DNA from: Camelus ferus
Lineage: Eukaryota
Direction: 5' to 3'
Assembly (NCBI RefSeq): GCF_009834535.1
Contig: NC_045697.1
Location: 114,330,001 to 114,394,000, forward strand
DNA length: 64,000 nt
Numbering within the stretch: position 1 is the stretch's first letter; each line of letters starts with the position of its first letter. Positions 39,046 through 53,039 of this stretch are shown here, in pieces. The notes beneath the pieces were generated by a model. The model ran no database searches. It had not been told where the DNA came from and saw only the letters and a program-made list of their open reading frames with translations. The position numbers were made by a program, and so were the translations under genes.

Positions 39046-39939
39046 GCCTGTGCTTCTTGATGAGTGAAAAATGAGACAACATATTTGAAATGATTGCCTT
39101 TAATCTCCTTCGTATTCCTTTCCAGGAGGAATTGATTTCCATGAGGGCAGCTTGTGTGAGCTTGGTCACTGAGACTTATATCCAAGTATACAGGATGTGT
39201 ATGCACATATAGATAATATATTTATAAGCATTGCTGTATCTACATATTTCATATTGCATATAATAACCATTACCTATATTATATACTTGCATCCATCACA
39301 GACAAGTATATTGACCGATCTCTTTATAAAAATCTGTTTTCTTTATTATCTGCCTGCCATTAGCTTACAGTCTTAATTGGTCTCAGGAAAACTATAGTGA
39401 ACACTCCAGCCTGTTAGTGAAAGTTCTCACTTGGGAGCTGCACTGACCAAAGATCAGAACTGACACTTAAAAATGTGTAACTGTTTCGGGTCTACGATTC
39501 TCCAAGGATCCTAACAGGCTCAAGAAGGGAAGTGACAACATTTCCGAGTGTATGATATGAGGAGGCACGCATTAAATACTTGGTGGCTAATAAATAATAA
39601 GTTTATTAAAGGAAAGCAATATATTGTAAAGAGGTAGCAATTGATTTCATCTTAGGGTGTATATTTATCCCTGAGATACCATACTTTGTTAGTATTTTCT
39701 TGCTTTCCTGGGCTCCTTGCCCTCTTTCTTTCTCTTAATTGTCTCCCTTCTTGCCTGTCTCTCTTATTTCTCTGTCTCTCTGACTCTGCGTCTGCCTGTC
39801 TGTCTGTATCTTTAGCTCTCTCCTATTCTTTTCCTATGAGTTTGCAATGTATGTCAATTCTATGGACTAAATGACTGAAAACTTCTCAAACAACTCTATT
39901 GAATAGTCTGAAATGAACATTTTGTAATTCTTGTCATGA

Positions 39940-40057
39940 TTTCTATTTTATTGAAGTATAATTGGCTTATAATATCACATTAGTTTCAGATGTACAACAT
40001 AGTGAATTGATATTTTTATAAATTATGAAATGATCACCATGAAAAGCTTAGTTACTA
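39940..40057 (-). mobile_element. Short L1 3' end fragment
   Basis: ttttattgaagtataattggcttataatatcacattagtttcagatgtacaacatagtga. Confidence 0.8.
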
Positions 40058-40589
40058 TAAAGCTATGATCAAAATTAAGAGTCAGGGACACGTAAATTCC
40101 CTAAATTGAGAGTGATTCTTTATTATATTTTAATTTAAAAGTGACATTTAATATTCATAAAATGATATTTTACCTGAAGAAAAGGGAATTTACACTTATA
40201 GATCCATTCAGGAAGAAAAATATTGCTATCTTAATCTTTACATTTTTACAATTAAAATATATTTAAGTGCTCAATGTTTAAATTAGTTAATATGTCAAAT
40301 AAAAGTTAAAGAATTAATGTATAGTTATGGATATTCTTGGAAAACCTGAAGAGTACCTTAGAGACACCCATCCCAGGGGAAGCAAGTGATTTCCTTGTGT
40401 ACTACTTTCTATGTGTGTGTTTGTGTGATGTATGCATAATCTCATATATAAATATATAACTTATATTTATATATGTTTCTCAAATTCAGTTGTGAATAAT
40501 TGCAAGATTGTTTTTAGCAAATAGAACATCACACAATAAGGTTGGAATTACTTGGAGTGGTAATGTTTGATAAAATAAGTTTGATTTTT

Positions 40590-42333
40590 TTTAATTGATT
40601 TTCTGTTTGGATGATTTGTGCATTGATGTAAGGGAGCTGTAAAAGTCCCAGAAGTTTATTGGATTGCTTTCAGTTTTTCCCTTTCAGTTTGTAATATTTG
40701 CTTTATATACGTTGATGCTTCTCTGTTAGGTGCATATATATTTATAAATATTACACCTTTCTGTTGGGTTGATCCCTTTATCATTTGTGAGTCCCTTCCT
40801 TGTCTTATTATAGTGTTTCTTTCAAAGTCTATTTTGTCAGATACAAGTATTGCTACTACAGCTTTCTTTTTTGTTTTTGTACGGAGTATCTTTTTCCATC
40901 CCTTTACTTTCAGTCTTTGTGTCTTTTGTTTTGAAGGAAATCTCTTGTAAGCAGCAGGTAGATGAGTCTTTTTTATCCACGCATAAACTTGATGTCTTGA
41001 TTTGTGAATTTCATCCATTTACGTGTAAAGGAATTATTGATAGCTAAATACCTATTGCCATTTTTTAAATTGCTTTCTGGCCAGCTTTGCAGCTCCTCTC
41101 TTTTTCTTTTTCTTCTCTTTCTCTATTCCCTTTTGTTTATTGAAAACCCCTTGAGTTTTCTTTCCATTTAGCTATAGCTTCTGTTTGGTGATTTCTTATA
41201 TTTTCTGCCTCTTCGTTGGAATTTTTGCTGTGCTCATCCATTCTTCTCCCAAGTTCGGTCAGCATCATTATGACCATGACTTTGAACTTCGTATCAGGTG
41301 GATTGCCTATCTCTGCTCATTTAGGTTCCCACCCCTCATAGGTTCTTCTGATTGGAACTTATTCCTCTATCTTCTCATTTTGTTTAATTCTCTTTGCTTC
41401 TTTCTATGTATTAGGGATATCAGCAGTCTCTCCCAGTACTGAAAGAGGGACCTTGTTTGGATGGTGTCTTATGTGGCTCAGAAGTGCAGTCTGACCTGTC
41501 CACTCAGTGGCTGGGCCAGGCACTCAGTGGGTGTCCCCTCTGTAGGCTGTGTGTATCCTCCTGCTATGGTGGGACCGTGGCTGCTGTGGGGCACTGGTGG
41601 GTGGCACTGGCCCTCAGACCAGGTTTGCGGTCTGTCTGCAGCTGCTATAATGCATTGGTGGGTGTGGCTGTCACTCAGCTTGCTTGAGGCCTCGCCAAGG
41701 TGCAGGGGTGGGCAGGGCTCTCAGCAGAGCATGCCCAGTGCTAGCAGGTTAGAGGGAGAATTCCATTACTGCACTTGGCAGTGCTGGTGTTAACAACGTA
41801 GCCTGAGCTCAAGTAAATGGCTCCTGCCTGTGACTGCTCCCCTGGGAGCATCCCGACTGTTTCCAGCCTCCCTGGCAGACACTTCACTATTTATTGACAC
41901 TGCACCTTTTATTCTGGTTTGTTTACACCGGCTTTCAGGTTGAGGGTGTCTGCACACAGGTCCTTTAAGGGTGTTTTTTGATTTCCTACAGTTCTGTGGT
42001 TCTCCTGAGTGTATTCATCTTTGGTTTTCAAATCCAGGCATTTTGGGGTTTATCTCTCCTGTGCAGGATCTAGATTAAAAAATCTCTAGTTTTGTGACCC
42101 CGCGCAATGGTGGATCACCATGGCTGGGGTGCGGGTTTTTCCTTGGCCAACTCATATCTCTGCCTCTATTTTACATCTCAGTGCTTTTTCTTTTATTCTT
42201 TGTCGTGGAGGATGTTCATCCAGGTTTCACGTCTTTTTCTGAGGGAATTATTCCATATGAAGTTGTACATTTGTTGTTTCTGTGAAAGGACATAAGTTAA
42301 GGATCTTCCTACACCACCATTTTGAACACTCCC
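40590..42333 (-). mobile_element. L1 5' portion: 5' UTR, ORF1 start, internal deletion, then ORF2 endonuclease
   Basis: Minus ORF 40656..41018 gives QRLKVKGWKKI...KKAVVAILVSDKIDF...INIYAPN (L1 EN domain). Minus strand starts gggagtgttcaaaatggtggtgtaggaaga (L1 5' terminus type). Confidence 0.9.
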
Positions 42334-43127
42334 TTCTGGCTTTAAAAAAAAAAGTTCTTAAAAGCACATTTATATAAGCATTTCTTAGCAGAAAATTAAA
42401 ATCTGATTATACCACATGGTTTTGGGGAAAATTACATTATTATTTTTTTGTCCCTCTAGAATTTTAATATTTGTACTTCTGAGGAAATTACATCGAAGTT
42501 TATGCTTTCATAATAGTATAGACAATCCCTGCTCCTTGAAGCTGCCAAATTAGAATTTTGATAAATAAAAAAAATGGATTATATAAAAATACTTTCCATT
42601 TAACTGTGCTAATTACAAATCTTTGTTTTTATGAGCATAAGGGGAATTAGTTAAGGATCTCAGTTTGTTCCTGGGTTGCTATTTTAACAAAATGGAGAGC
42701 TTAATGTCTGACTTATTTAATATTAAATTGATAATTAAGCAGTGCTTGGGAAATACTGTGTTCTGCGTGTTCGCTTGTACTACTGTGTCTGAAGTAAATG
42801 AAATACCAGCAAATATACATTTAGAGAATATGATGTGACAATCTTTATAAACCAAATTCAACAATAAAATCAAACTTGCATTGGTTTATTGAATTTTCTT
42901 GAGGGGAATAATACTAATGAAATGTCTCCACATAAGACAGTAGCATTAATAGTTTAAAATTATTGAAAATTGATTTTGTTTTTTTCTGAGAAGGGATGCA
43001 AATATAAAAAGACAAGGATTACTTTTTATTTTGAGTATTATTTACATTAAAGGCTAGGATAGTGATGGAGAAAGTGATGGTTTTAAGATTCCCCTTAAGA
43101 TATTTTCCCTGTTGCCTTTCATTCTTC

Positions 43128-45170
43128 TTTTAATTTTTTAAATTCAGTTTATTTAAACTAAAAAGAAAAACAAAAACAGTACACCCATTTCTCCCACACC
43201 CACGCCTACCACTGTCAACCACCAACCTGTTTTTCTGTAAGCTAGTTTTTACATATATTTATTTATACATATTAACAGTTATTTACATATAATTTACATA
43301 TTTTATTATATATATGTGCTTATATATATACATGTATACATGTACATATGCATTCCTTTTTTACAGTAGCCATTCTAAGAGGTGAGAGGTGATAATCTCA
43401 TTGTGCTTTTGATTTACATTTCCCTGATGATGAATGATGCAGAGCACCTTTCCATACATCTGTTGATCATCTATAAGTATTCTTTGGAAAAATGTCTAGT
43501 CGGATCTTCTGCTCATTTTAAAAAAAAAATCACTGTTTGATTTTTTGATTGAGTTGTATGAGTTCTTCGTAGTTTTGAGATATTAACCCCTTATCAGATA
43601 AATGTTTTACAAATTTTTTTCCCATTCGGTAGGTACCTTTGCACTTTGTTTTTGATTTCCTTTGTTGTCCTGAAGTTGTTAGTTTGAAATAGCCCCACTT
43701 TTTTACTTTTGCCTTTGTTGCTTTTGCTTTTAGTGCCAAATTCAAAAAATCATTGCCAAGACCTGTGTCAAAGAGGAGCTTATTGCCTATGTGTTCTTCT
43801 AGAGGTTTTATGGTTTCAGGTCTCACAATCAAGTCTTAAATCCATTTTGAGTTAATGTTTGCGTACCATGGGAGATAGTTGATCCAGTTTCTCTCTTTCG
43901 CATGTGACTATCCAATTTTCCCAACACAATTTATTGAAGAGACAAGGCTTTCCTCATTACATATTCTTGGCTCTTTTGTCATCAATTAATCGACAATATA
44001 TTCTTTGGTTTATTTCTGGGCTCTTTATTCTATTTCATTGACCTATATGTCTGTTTTTAAACCAATATCATATTGTCTTGGTTACTACAGCTTTGTAGTA
44101 TAGTTTGAAATTAGGGAGCGTGATGCTTCCAGGGTTGTTCTTCTTCCTCCAGATTGCTTTGGCTATTTGGGGTCTTTGTGGTTACATACACATTTTAGAA
44201 TTGTTTATTTCCGTGGAAAATGCAATTGGTATTTTGATACAGATTTTCTTGAATCTGTAGATTTCTTTGGGCTATATGGACATTTAACAATATTTTTTCT
44301 TCCAATCCATGAGTACGGAGTATCTTTCCATTTATTTGGGTCTTCTTCAGTGTCTCTCATTAATGTCTTACTGTTTTCAGTGTGCAGGCCTTTCATTTCC
44401 TTGGCTAAGTATATTCCTACATATTGTATTCTTTTTGGTGTGCTTATAATTCAGATTTTCTTAATTTCCTCTCTGCTAGCTTATTGTTAGTATATAGAAA
44501 TAAACAGATTTTTGCATATTGGTTTTGTAACTTGCAACTTTACTGAATTTGTTTATTAGTTCTAACACTTTTTTAATGGAGTCTTTAGGGTTTTCTGTAC
44601 ATAATATTATGTCATGAAAATAGTGACAATTTTACTTCTTTTTTTCCAATTTGGATAACTTCTATTTCTTTTTCTTTCCTGATTACTGAGGCTAGGACTT
44701 CCACTACTGTGTTGAATAAAAGTGGCAATAGTGATCATCCTTGTCTTTTCCTGATCTTTGAAGGAAAGCTTTCAGCTTTTAAATGTTGAGTATGACATAA
44801 ACTGTAGGCTTTTCTTATTGACATTTATTATGCTAAGGTACACTCCCTCTATACTTACTTTGTTGAGAGTGATGTTGAATTTTGTCAAATGCATTTTCTG
44901 TATCTGCTGAGACGATCGTATGATTTTTATTCTTTATTTTGTTAATGTGGTGTACCACACTGACTGATTGGCAGATGTTGAACCATTCTTACACCCCTGG
45001 AATAAATCCCTCTTGATCGTGGTGTATGATCCTTTCTAATGCATGTTGACACCAGTTTCTTAGTATTTTGTTAAGGATTTTGCATTTATGTTCATCATGG
45101 ATACCAGCCTATAATTTTGTGTGTCTGTGTGAGTGGTCTCCTTGTCTGGTTTTGATATCTTATATTTGGT
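43128..45170 (-). mobile_element. 5'-truncated L1 (ORF2 RT to C-terminus, partial 3' UTR)
   Basis: Antisense peptides [42 protein letters not shown]. Confidence 0.95.
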
Positions 45171-46824
45171 GCCTTTTATTCTGTACATTTCTTCCACTGA
45201 ATCAGCTGTACCTACTCTTTTCATTTTATTTTCTTCATATCTATTCTTTCCCACTTTTGATTTATTTCCAAAGAATTTCCTTTTGTAACAATGTCAATGC
45301 TGTAAAATTTTAAAGTGTAGCTTCCTGCTGAAATGTATATTTGTGTTAAAGAATTCTATTTATAGTGAAAACCCATGGTGTTTTTCTTTCCCATTAATCC
45401 TTCAATTTCCTTTAATTGTACACCAGCCAAAACAGAATTATTCTTGCTGACAACTTTATATGTAGCCCAGTGTTTGATCATATCTTAAAATAGCCTTAAT
45501 TCTAAATGAAATAAATTAAAAATCTTAAAATGATATGTTTCTGTTGACATTTTGTAAATATATATTGAAATATCCTGTTAAATATGTACCTTAAAATCAA
45601 TTATAAAATGTTTTTATGAATTTAAAATATGTATAAAATATATTCTCAAAAATAATAGTTTAAAAATGTAAACAAATATCATCTGATAAAAATTATATAC
45701 TTCTATCACAAATTAATAATATAAAACTCAGAATAAATGTAAAAATAGAGACATTTGACAATTTATTACAAAAATTACATTGGCTGGAATTCATCAGTAT
45801 ATGTGTTTGCTTCACTTTTTTATTTACTTAACCAGAAATATCTGTTTTACTTGTTTTTCATATGATGCTATAAGTAGTTTAGACTTTTATTGTTTAAGGA
45901 TTACAAAAAATCCTTTTAGATTTGCTTCAGCAGTTTCTTTCAAAAATAATTGTATTTAATTATTCTAGTCTGTACCGTTTACAGAATTTGCTTAAATGAA
46001 TAGGATAAAGATATAGTACTTAGTAAAACTTTCACAAAATTGAGAAATATTATAAATATTGAAGTGACATTAAAAAATGAGACTTTTGCATGACAAAAAG
46101 CTTCAAAATGTAATTCTGGTGCTTATTATCCTGGACCCCTTTTCTCAAGTAATCAAATGTGCTTAGTAGTTCTCTAATCTGTACTTCTAGAATTTAATTT
46201 AAATTAAAGCTATGGAGGTTCTAATTTATATAAATGCATTTTCAATCTGTATAATTTAAATCTAGTATGCTAATTTTAGCAAGCAAAGTGCAGAACATCT
46301 ATTCACAATTACTGAGTTAAGTTCACATCTCTTTGTTTTGATGATGAAGATTAATGACCCTAAATCTGAGTTCTCAGGCATTTGATTTGCTGGAGAGCTT
46401 CCAGTTGTTTTGCGTTTACGGAGGATTTGTAAAGACCTGTAGTTCCATGGTAGTGATATTATTTTAAATTACTCCTAGAAGATTCTAAGAGACATGCATA
46501 TTTAAAGTAATTAAAACTACATTCATATGCAGAGAAGATGCATACCAAGCTTTATAAATGATAAGAAACAATCATTTTGTGGCAATAATCATAGGTTTAT
46601 AAAAATCCTTAAATTTATGACTTTTTATTTTGGGAGAGGTAAAAATAAATCAAGCCAATCTTGGTTTTTCTTCCATTCTAGTCCTCTCTAAAATTATAGC
46701 TCATGCATAAATATTACCTGTTCTTTCTTTAATTCTTTGTAAACTCCCTCTCTCCTAAACATGAATGAGAAGGAGTGAAGGTAAGCAAATACTTGTAATT
46801 TTTCCAAAAAGGAAAACTGATTTC

Positions 46825-47342
46825 TGATGGTCAATGAAAACCTGCACCAAACAAGTTAAAAAGATGAGGGAAACTTTGTCCAAGACTTTTATGGCAGGAG
46901 TCAAGACTGTCACAACAGGAAGAGAGATGGAACTCAACTCCACTGAAAAGAAAGGCAGGAGAGACACTGATACTGTGGTGAGCAAGTGGAAAAGTACCAA
47001 AATCAATGGCCTAGGGATGAAGTTGTTCAACTTGGCTTGAACGTGCGTGTCTGCTAATTGGCATTTATTGGATTTCAACTCCTACACTCTCACAGAGACT
47101 GAAATTGAGGTACTACCTTCCCTGATGATTACATGTCAAAGGCATGGTTCCCAGGTCCTTGAGAAAGATATTCCTGGGTTATAAAACTGGCAACAAGTTG
47201 GGAGAAGATTACATCTGAAAGGGGCAGAGAAAGAATTTACAATTGCAACTTTCCTAAGAAAAGGGAGGTGAGAGGCCTGTACTCCAGACAGGTTTTGTCT
47301 AAAGGTTAGTCACTGAGAAAAACATTAAGGCAATCTTGGTCA
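46825..47342 (-). mobile_element. Solo ERV1 LTR (MER31/MER67-like)
   Basis: Minus strand starts tgaccaagattgccttaatg..gactaacctttagaca..ttgcaattgtaaattctttctctgcccc, matching the recalled MER31 consensus. Confidence 0.8.
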
Positions 47343-47994
47343 GACCTACGTCCCTCTGATTTCTTAGAAAGAAAGTAGTAACAGTGTTGACAAGGGTGCC
47401 TTGGAAGATTTCCTTCTCAAAAGTGTTTCTGCTAAGCATTTTAGTAGTTTAAAGACAGATCTGAATTAAAATGTTCCCTATTAAAATGTAAATACTCTCT
47501 TGGAAATCAGGCTTGTTTACAGACTAAGATTGTGAATGACTTACCCAGGGAAAATCGGATTGCCTTCCTTCTGGCTAAGAGATGTGCCCAGGGAATTAGT
47601 ATTTCCATTGGAAGAAGAAGGAAGAAATGATCACTGTTGTTCATGATCAACTTGGGGAAGATAAACCCAGCAGGATGCCACTACCAGGGACTAAGGAATT
47701 GCACTTGGACGAGACAAATGTAATTTAAACTTTAACATTGTGCATTAGACTCTAAGAGTGGCAACGGTCCTAGTTATTTGTTATTGACAGAGGACTCAAA
47801 GATTAAAAAGAAAATGCATCGATAGTTTACAAGCTCACCCATATATAAATGGGCACGATCTTCATGTATTCTCTGTGTAATTATTTTCTGCTTAGTGTTT
47901 TGAACCTGGAGAATGAGCAGAATCCAACAGATCATATTTAAATAACTAAAGCATATCAAAGGAAAGTGAAACCATCCAAGCAGTATTTCAATTG

Positions 47995-48895
47995 ATTAAG
48001 CAACTTCTGTAAATAGTTAGGGTAACTATTTTAGGCTTTGCATACCAAAAGTTTTCTGTAGTCACAGCTCAACTCTGCCTATATAGCTGAAATCAGCCAC
48101 AGACAGTAGCATGCACAGCAGTCATGAATGGATGGATGGTTGTGTCCAAAACAAGTTTATTTATAAAAAACAGGTGGTGGGTGTGGGTTCTGTTCGGCAG
48201 AAGTCCCACCGAGATGGAATGAATTACTCGAGACTCTGGAAAGTCAAGAGAGAAGGGGGGTCGGAGACCAACTCCTCAAACCTCTCAAACACTCCCATAT
48301 TTATTGTGCACCATCAAAGAAAGGATCATGAACAATTGTGTCATGGAACGCAGGAGCAGGATCGGGTAGAGATCATAAAATCCACAATGAGTGCAAAGGC
48401 TTAATTTATCTTCAGGGCAGTCATGTGGGGAGGGGAACAAGGTACATTCTTCAGATATAAGAAGTTGATTACAAAACAGACCACCAGACCACCAATTCCT
48501 TGTCTTGGGGGATATAGACTATCTAAACAGCAGAAAGCATGCCCAGGGTTTATAACTGAGAGCATGGGTCATCACTTTGCAACGAGCAGAGTAAACCCTG
48601 AACTATGGACCTATGCTTAAAACAAGCCGTGTCCTGCATTTACAGCAAGGGACACACAATGGCTTTGCCATTGAGGAAGCAGCCCTTAGCTAAATCCTCA
48701 AGTATGTAAGCAAGGCATTGTCTCTGCTTTTTACAGCAAGAAGGCAGGAGTGCAGATGCACAGGCGCCTGCAAGCAATACACATTTGTTCTTCCTAAAGG
48801 TCACAAGTAGCTGGGGTCTGTTACAATTTATTAACCCAATCATGAGCTCCTACAGGTGGGTCCGATTTGGTCCATGGGTATAGTTTGCCAAGCCC
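47995..48895. mobile_element. hAT-Charlie MER58A, split by an LTR insertion (parts ~47995-48181 and 48855-48895)
   Basis: tattttaggctttg..ctcaactctgcc..aagtttatttataaaaaacaggtgg | gggtccgatttggtccatgggtatagtttgccaagccc is contiguous MER58A once the LTR is removed. Confidence 0.85.
48182..48854 (-). mobile_element. Solo LTR, 673 bp, 6-bp TSD (ERV2/ERVK betaretrovirus-like)
   Basis: Ends TGTGGG...CCTACA. Perfect TSD GGTGGG at 48176-48181 and 48855-48860. Minus-strand AATAAA at 48300-48305. Confidence 0.88.
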
Positions 48896-50595
48896 ACGAC
48901 TATCGGAACATTTGCTGAGGTGAAGAAGGCTCTAATACTCTCTTATAGCTTACCTGAGTTAATGGTCTAGTTGCAAATGTATATGTACAAGGTGTTAAAA
49001 AATTTAAAGGAGGACCAGTACTGAGAATTTGTCAATAAACTTGAAAGTGACAAGAAAAAGAAAGGCTCTGTAGACAGAAACCTCTTAAGGGTTGAAAAGG
49101 GCAATTCATTAGCTGATTAAAGCTCGACTGGCTTGAGGATCACCAGCTCCCTTTTTTGTAATTTTCTGTGCATCAGTCTTGAGAAGCTTTTGACCTGAGC
49201 ATCACTAGGGAGACTCCCAGGCTCACAGCTGACACCGCTGACTAAACCTGATGTTTTCCCAGTTGTCCATGAATAAATTGGTATTCCAGTATAAACAAAG
49301 GTATCCTGCGGTTTTGATGAGCTCAGTCAATCCCCAGTAGTCTAATTAATTCTGGATGAATTGTTCAATTTGTTTCTGGATTTGCATAGCAGAGGCCGAG
49401 TCTTCAGATGCTGTGAAGAGCTGCCAAAATGAACAGCCAGGGTTCAATGCCCATTTTTCACGTCCATTTGCTGTGACATCTTAGAGAGACTTGAACTCTG
49501 TAGAACTTCACCGTGAAGGCAAATGGCCCAGATCCCAGTTCCAGTTTTATCAGTAACAACAGTGCATTATGGCTGATAGCAATCTCTCTTAACTGAATTG
49601 TTTAAATTAGGCAAACAATACTAAAAGTCTTTGTTCGGTGGCAGAGGCTCAAATTCTCTTTCACTCTGTGAAATGAATAGTTCATTCATTGAGCTCTGTC
49701 TGACTGACTGTAATCTGAAAAATGGTAATTTTTTTTCAATTTATTAAAGACAGAGCAAATAAGGTGTCATTTGATTGACTCCCATATTAACACCCTGGGG
49801 TTTCTCAGAGATAAACTGAAGGAATGAACACGGGTTAACGTTCTTTGCTTCTGTCTGTAATAGCTTTTTAACACGCCGCTGAGCACACTGTTAACATACA
49901 GGAAATGGGTATTGATTGGCTGATTGCTTTATCCTGACTGACAAATGAGTATTCACAGCAAACTCTTCGTGTTGAATTGTGTCTTTCATACGTCTGTATA
50001 ATTCACTCACCCCAGATGACCACATTGAATTCCATCTCTAAGTGAGCATCCTAAAATTTAAAAACCGATTAAAGATAGCAAGGTAATTCAGTATTTTACG
50101 CATTCAGTCATTTTGGTCATAATATCAAATTTTCTCAAATCATATATGATATTTATACCAACGTATCATACAGAGAAAAGATACTTGATTACTTGAACAT
50201 TTCTTTGATATCTGTCATGCTTTTTTATGAATAGAACAGTGATCATCATTATGTTCGATAAGAGTTTTTTTTTTTTCCCCCGCAAGCATATATTTAAATA
50301 CAACCTCCAGGGCACTTAGCTCGTATGTGAGAGTAGAAAACCACAGTAAAGTGTAACAGCCTTCTGGGTGATAAGCTGGGCTTTTCCTCTCATGCTTAAA
50401 TAATGTCTATGAAAATTAAACCAGTATGGTTTTACATAAGCACTACCTTTCTCCAAGTGATCATAATGTTATATTATAAGCTTGGTGAAACGGTTCCTGT
50501 CTTAACCTACGGACACTTCAATAGCTCCTCGCTAGTGATAGCAGCTGTAGCCTATGCAGAATGAACTAAGGGCCAGGCACAGGCATAAGTATTTT

Positions 50596-51458
50596 TTTAT
50601 TGAAGTACAGTCAGTTACAGTGGGGCAATTTCTGGTGTACAGCATAATGTTTCAGTCATACATATACATACATATATTCATTTTCATGTTCACTGTAGGT
50701 TACTACAAGATATTGAATATAGTTCCCTGTGCTCTGCAGAAGAAATTTGTTGTATATCCATTTTATATATAGTAGTTATTATCTGCAAATTTTGAACTCC
50801 CAGTTTATCCCACCTCCTTTTCCACTGGTAACCATAAGTTGGTTTTCTGTGTGAGTCTGTTTCTCTTTTGTAAATAAGTTCATTTGTGTCTTTTTTTTTT
50901 TTTTTTAGATTCAGCATAAGTGATATCATATGGTATTTTTCTTTCTCTTTCTGGTTTACTTCACTTAGAATGACAATCTCCAGGTCCACCCATGTTGCTG
51001 CAAATGGGATTGTTTTTATTCCTTTTTATGGCTGAGTAGTATTCCATTGTATAAATATACCACAACTTTTTTTATCCAGTGCTCTGTTGATGGACATTTA
51101 GGTTGTTTCCATGTCTTGGCTAATGTAAATAGTACTGTTATGAACACTGGGATGCATGTATCTTTTTGAATTAGAGTTCCCTCTGGATATATGCCTAGGA
51201 GTGGGATTGCTTGATCATATGGCAAGTCTATTTTTAGTTTTTTAAGGGACCTCCATACTGTTTTCCATAGTGGCTGCACCAAACTACATTCCTACCAGCA
51301 GTGTAGGAGGGTTCCCTTTTCTCCACACCCAATCCAGCACTTATCATTTGTGGACTTTTGAATGATGGCCCTTCTAACTGATGTGAGGTGAAATCTCATT
51401 GTAGTTTTGATTTGCATTTCTCTGATAATTAGCAACTGAGCATTTTTTTCATGCACAA
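50596..51458 (-). mobile_element. 5'-truncated L1, relatively young, with TSD
   Basis: Minus ORF 51016..51282 gives [32 protein letters not shown] (ORF2 C-terminus). TSD gcacaggcataagtatttt (50577-50595) and gcacaatcataagtatttt (51459-51477). Confidence 0.95.
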
Positions 51459-51479
51459 GCACAATCATAAGTATTTTAA

Positions 51480-51690
51480 AATATCATATCTCATCTTCAC
51501 AATATTCTTACATGTTAGGTACCATTTTTACTTTAAAGATGGAAAAATTGAGACTTAAAGTTTAAGTCACTTATCTTCCAAAAGGTGTGCATTAGAAATC
51601 AAACTGAAGCAATCATCAGGTCACGTCTGAAATTTGGGTCTTGCTGGTAATGTAGTTCATGCTTTTGTCCCCCACACTATGCAGACTTCT
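51480..51690 (-). mobile_element. MIR relic
   Basis: catcttcacaata...tttaaagatggaaaaattgagactta..aagtcactt. Confidence 0.55.
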
Positions 51691-53039
51691 TTGTCAGTAG
51701 CATGTATCTTTTTTAAGACAATTGCTTTACTGAATATCCAATAATAGGATGCTTTCTTTCTTCTCACCAATTGTGATTAAGGACCTGAACTTTTCTTTTT
51801 GTGACCTTAGTGTGTTGGGGACGTTCCTATCTGATCACAAGATGGCTGGTGAAACTGCAATTATTTATTTCTTCCTCACATAATAGTATCACAAATAGAA
51901 CAGTTATACCTACCTCATAAATGTGATAATTAACTGAATCAATTACTTAGAACAATTCCTGGCAAATATTAATTACCAAGTAAATGCTGACAATTATTTT
52001 ACTTTACCCCAGTCCTACAAGGAGCAACTCAGTTACTAAGAAATTTTGAACTTGGTGTAATATACCTTGAAATATCAGTACCGTATTATTCCAGCCTATA
52101 TATCTATCATGTTAAAATCATCCAGTTGTGTGCAGTCTTAAAGTTTTCCAAATCATAAAATTAGAATAAACTTGACTTTGAGTGATCACCAAATTCTCTT
52201 GTGAATACAATTTTTGTCAGGTCAGGTTTCAAATGAAAACTGCTCTTCATGAGGAGAGAATGGTTTTCCAAGCTCATAGGGTCATACATATCATTGAATG
52301 AAGGGCCTTATCCTTCACATATTCCAGTTTAAAATTCAACGGTATGTAATTTATTTGAAAGAGAGAAGTGAAATAAAGTTGAACAGAAATGTTGAATGAT
52401 AATTGTATTATATTTATAAGACTACAGAAGGAATATCAGAATCAGGAATAAATAAAAAGGAAAATGAGGTTCACTATTGTTAGCATGCAAAACTGCTTGA
52501 AGTGTCATCAAAATACAGTCCTGTCTGTAATACTGTATTGGCCTCATTACAAAGTGATAAAGAGAATAAAAAATGAGATTCTAATTCTGCACAAGAACCT
52601 TTTTCCTTCATTGTTTTATAAAATATCTTTTATTGAAAAGTATTTTTTAATGTCTTCTCATAATTTTTAAATCCCACCAATGACATAGGAAAATGACCTT
52701 TCTGTTGTAACTACTAAATATTTATATTTATGTTTGTGACTATAAGCCTGTCTTGTTTCTTTCAGAACTTGTGGCAGAAATAATTCCACTTTTCACTTGA
52801 ATTCTCAGGATTTTCCTCAGTACAGCTCCTTTCCTGGGGGATAAACTTGGGATTCCTTTCCCCTATTCCTTTCCAATTCTTCTTTTTTTCTCTGTCCTGT
52901 GGATTTTTTAAAGACATCCTGAAAATATATACATTGCTACCTCTGCTATGTCTTTATAACACTTGAACACTCCACTGTCTCCTGTTCAAGGTATATTAGA
53001 ATTTATGTTGCCGCATGTTCATCCTGACAGATGTTATCT

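Noticed and set aside
38511..39206. 231-aa minus-strand ORF and the overlapping plus-strand ORFs
   Set aside because: No recognisable domain. Long ORFs in several frames are expected from stop-codon scarcity in a GC-rich island.
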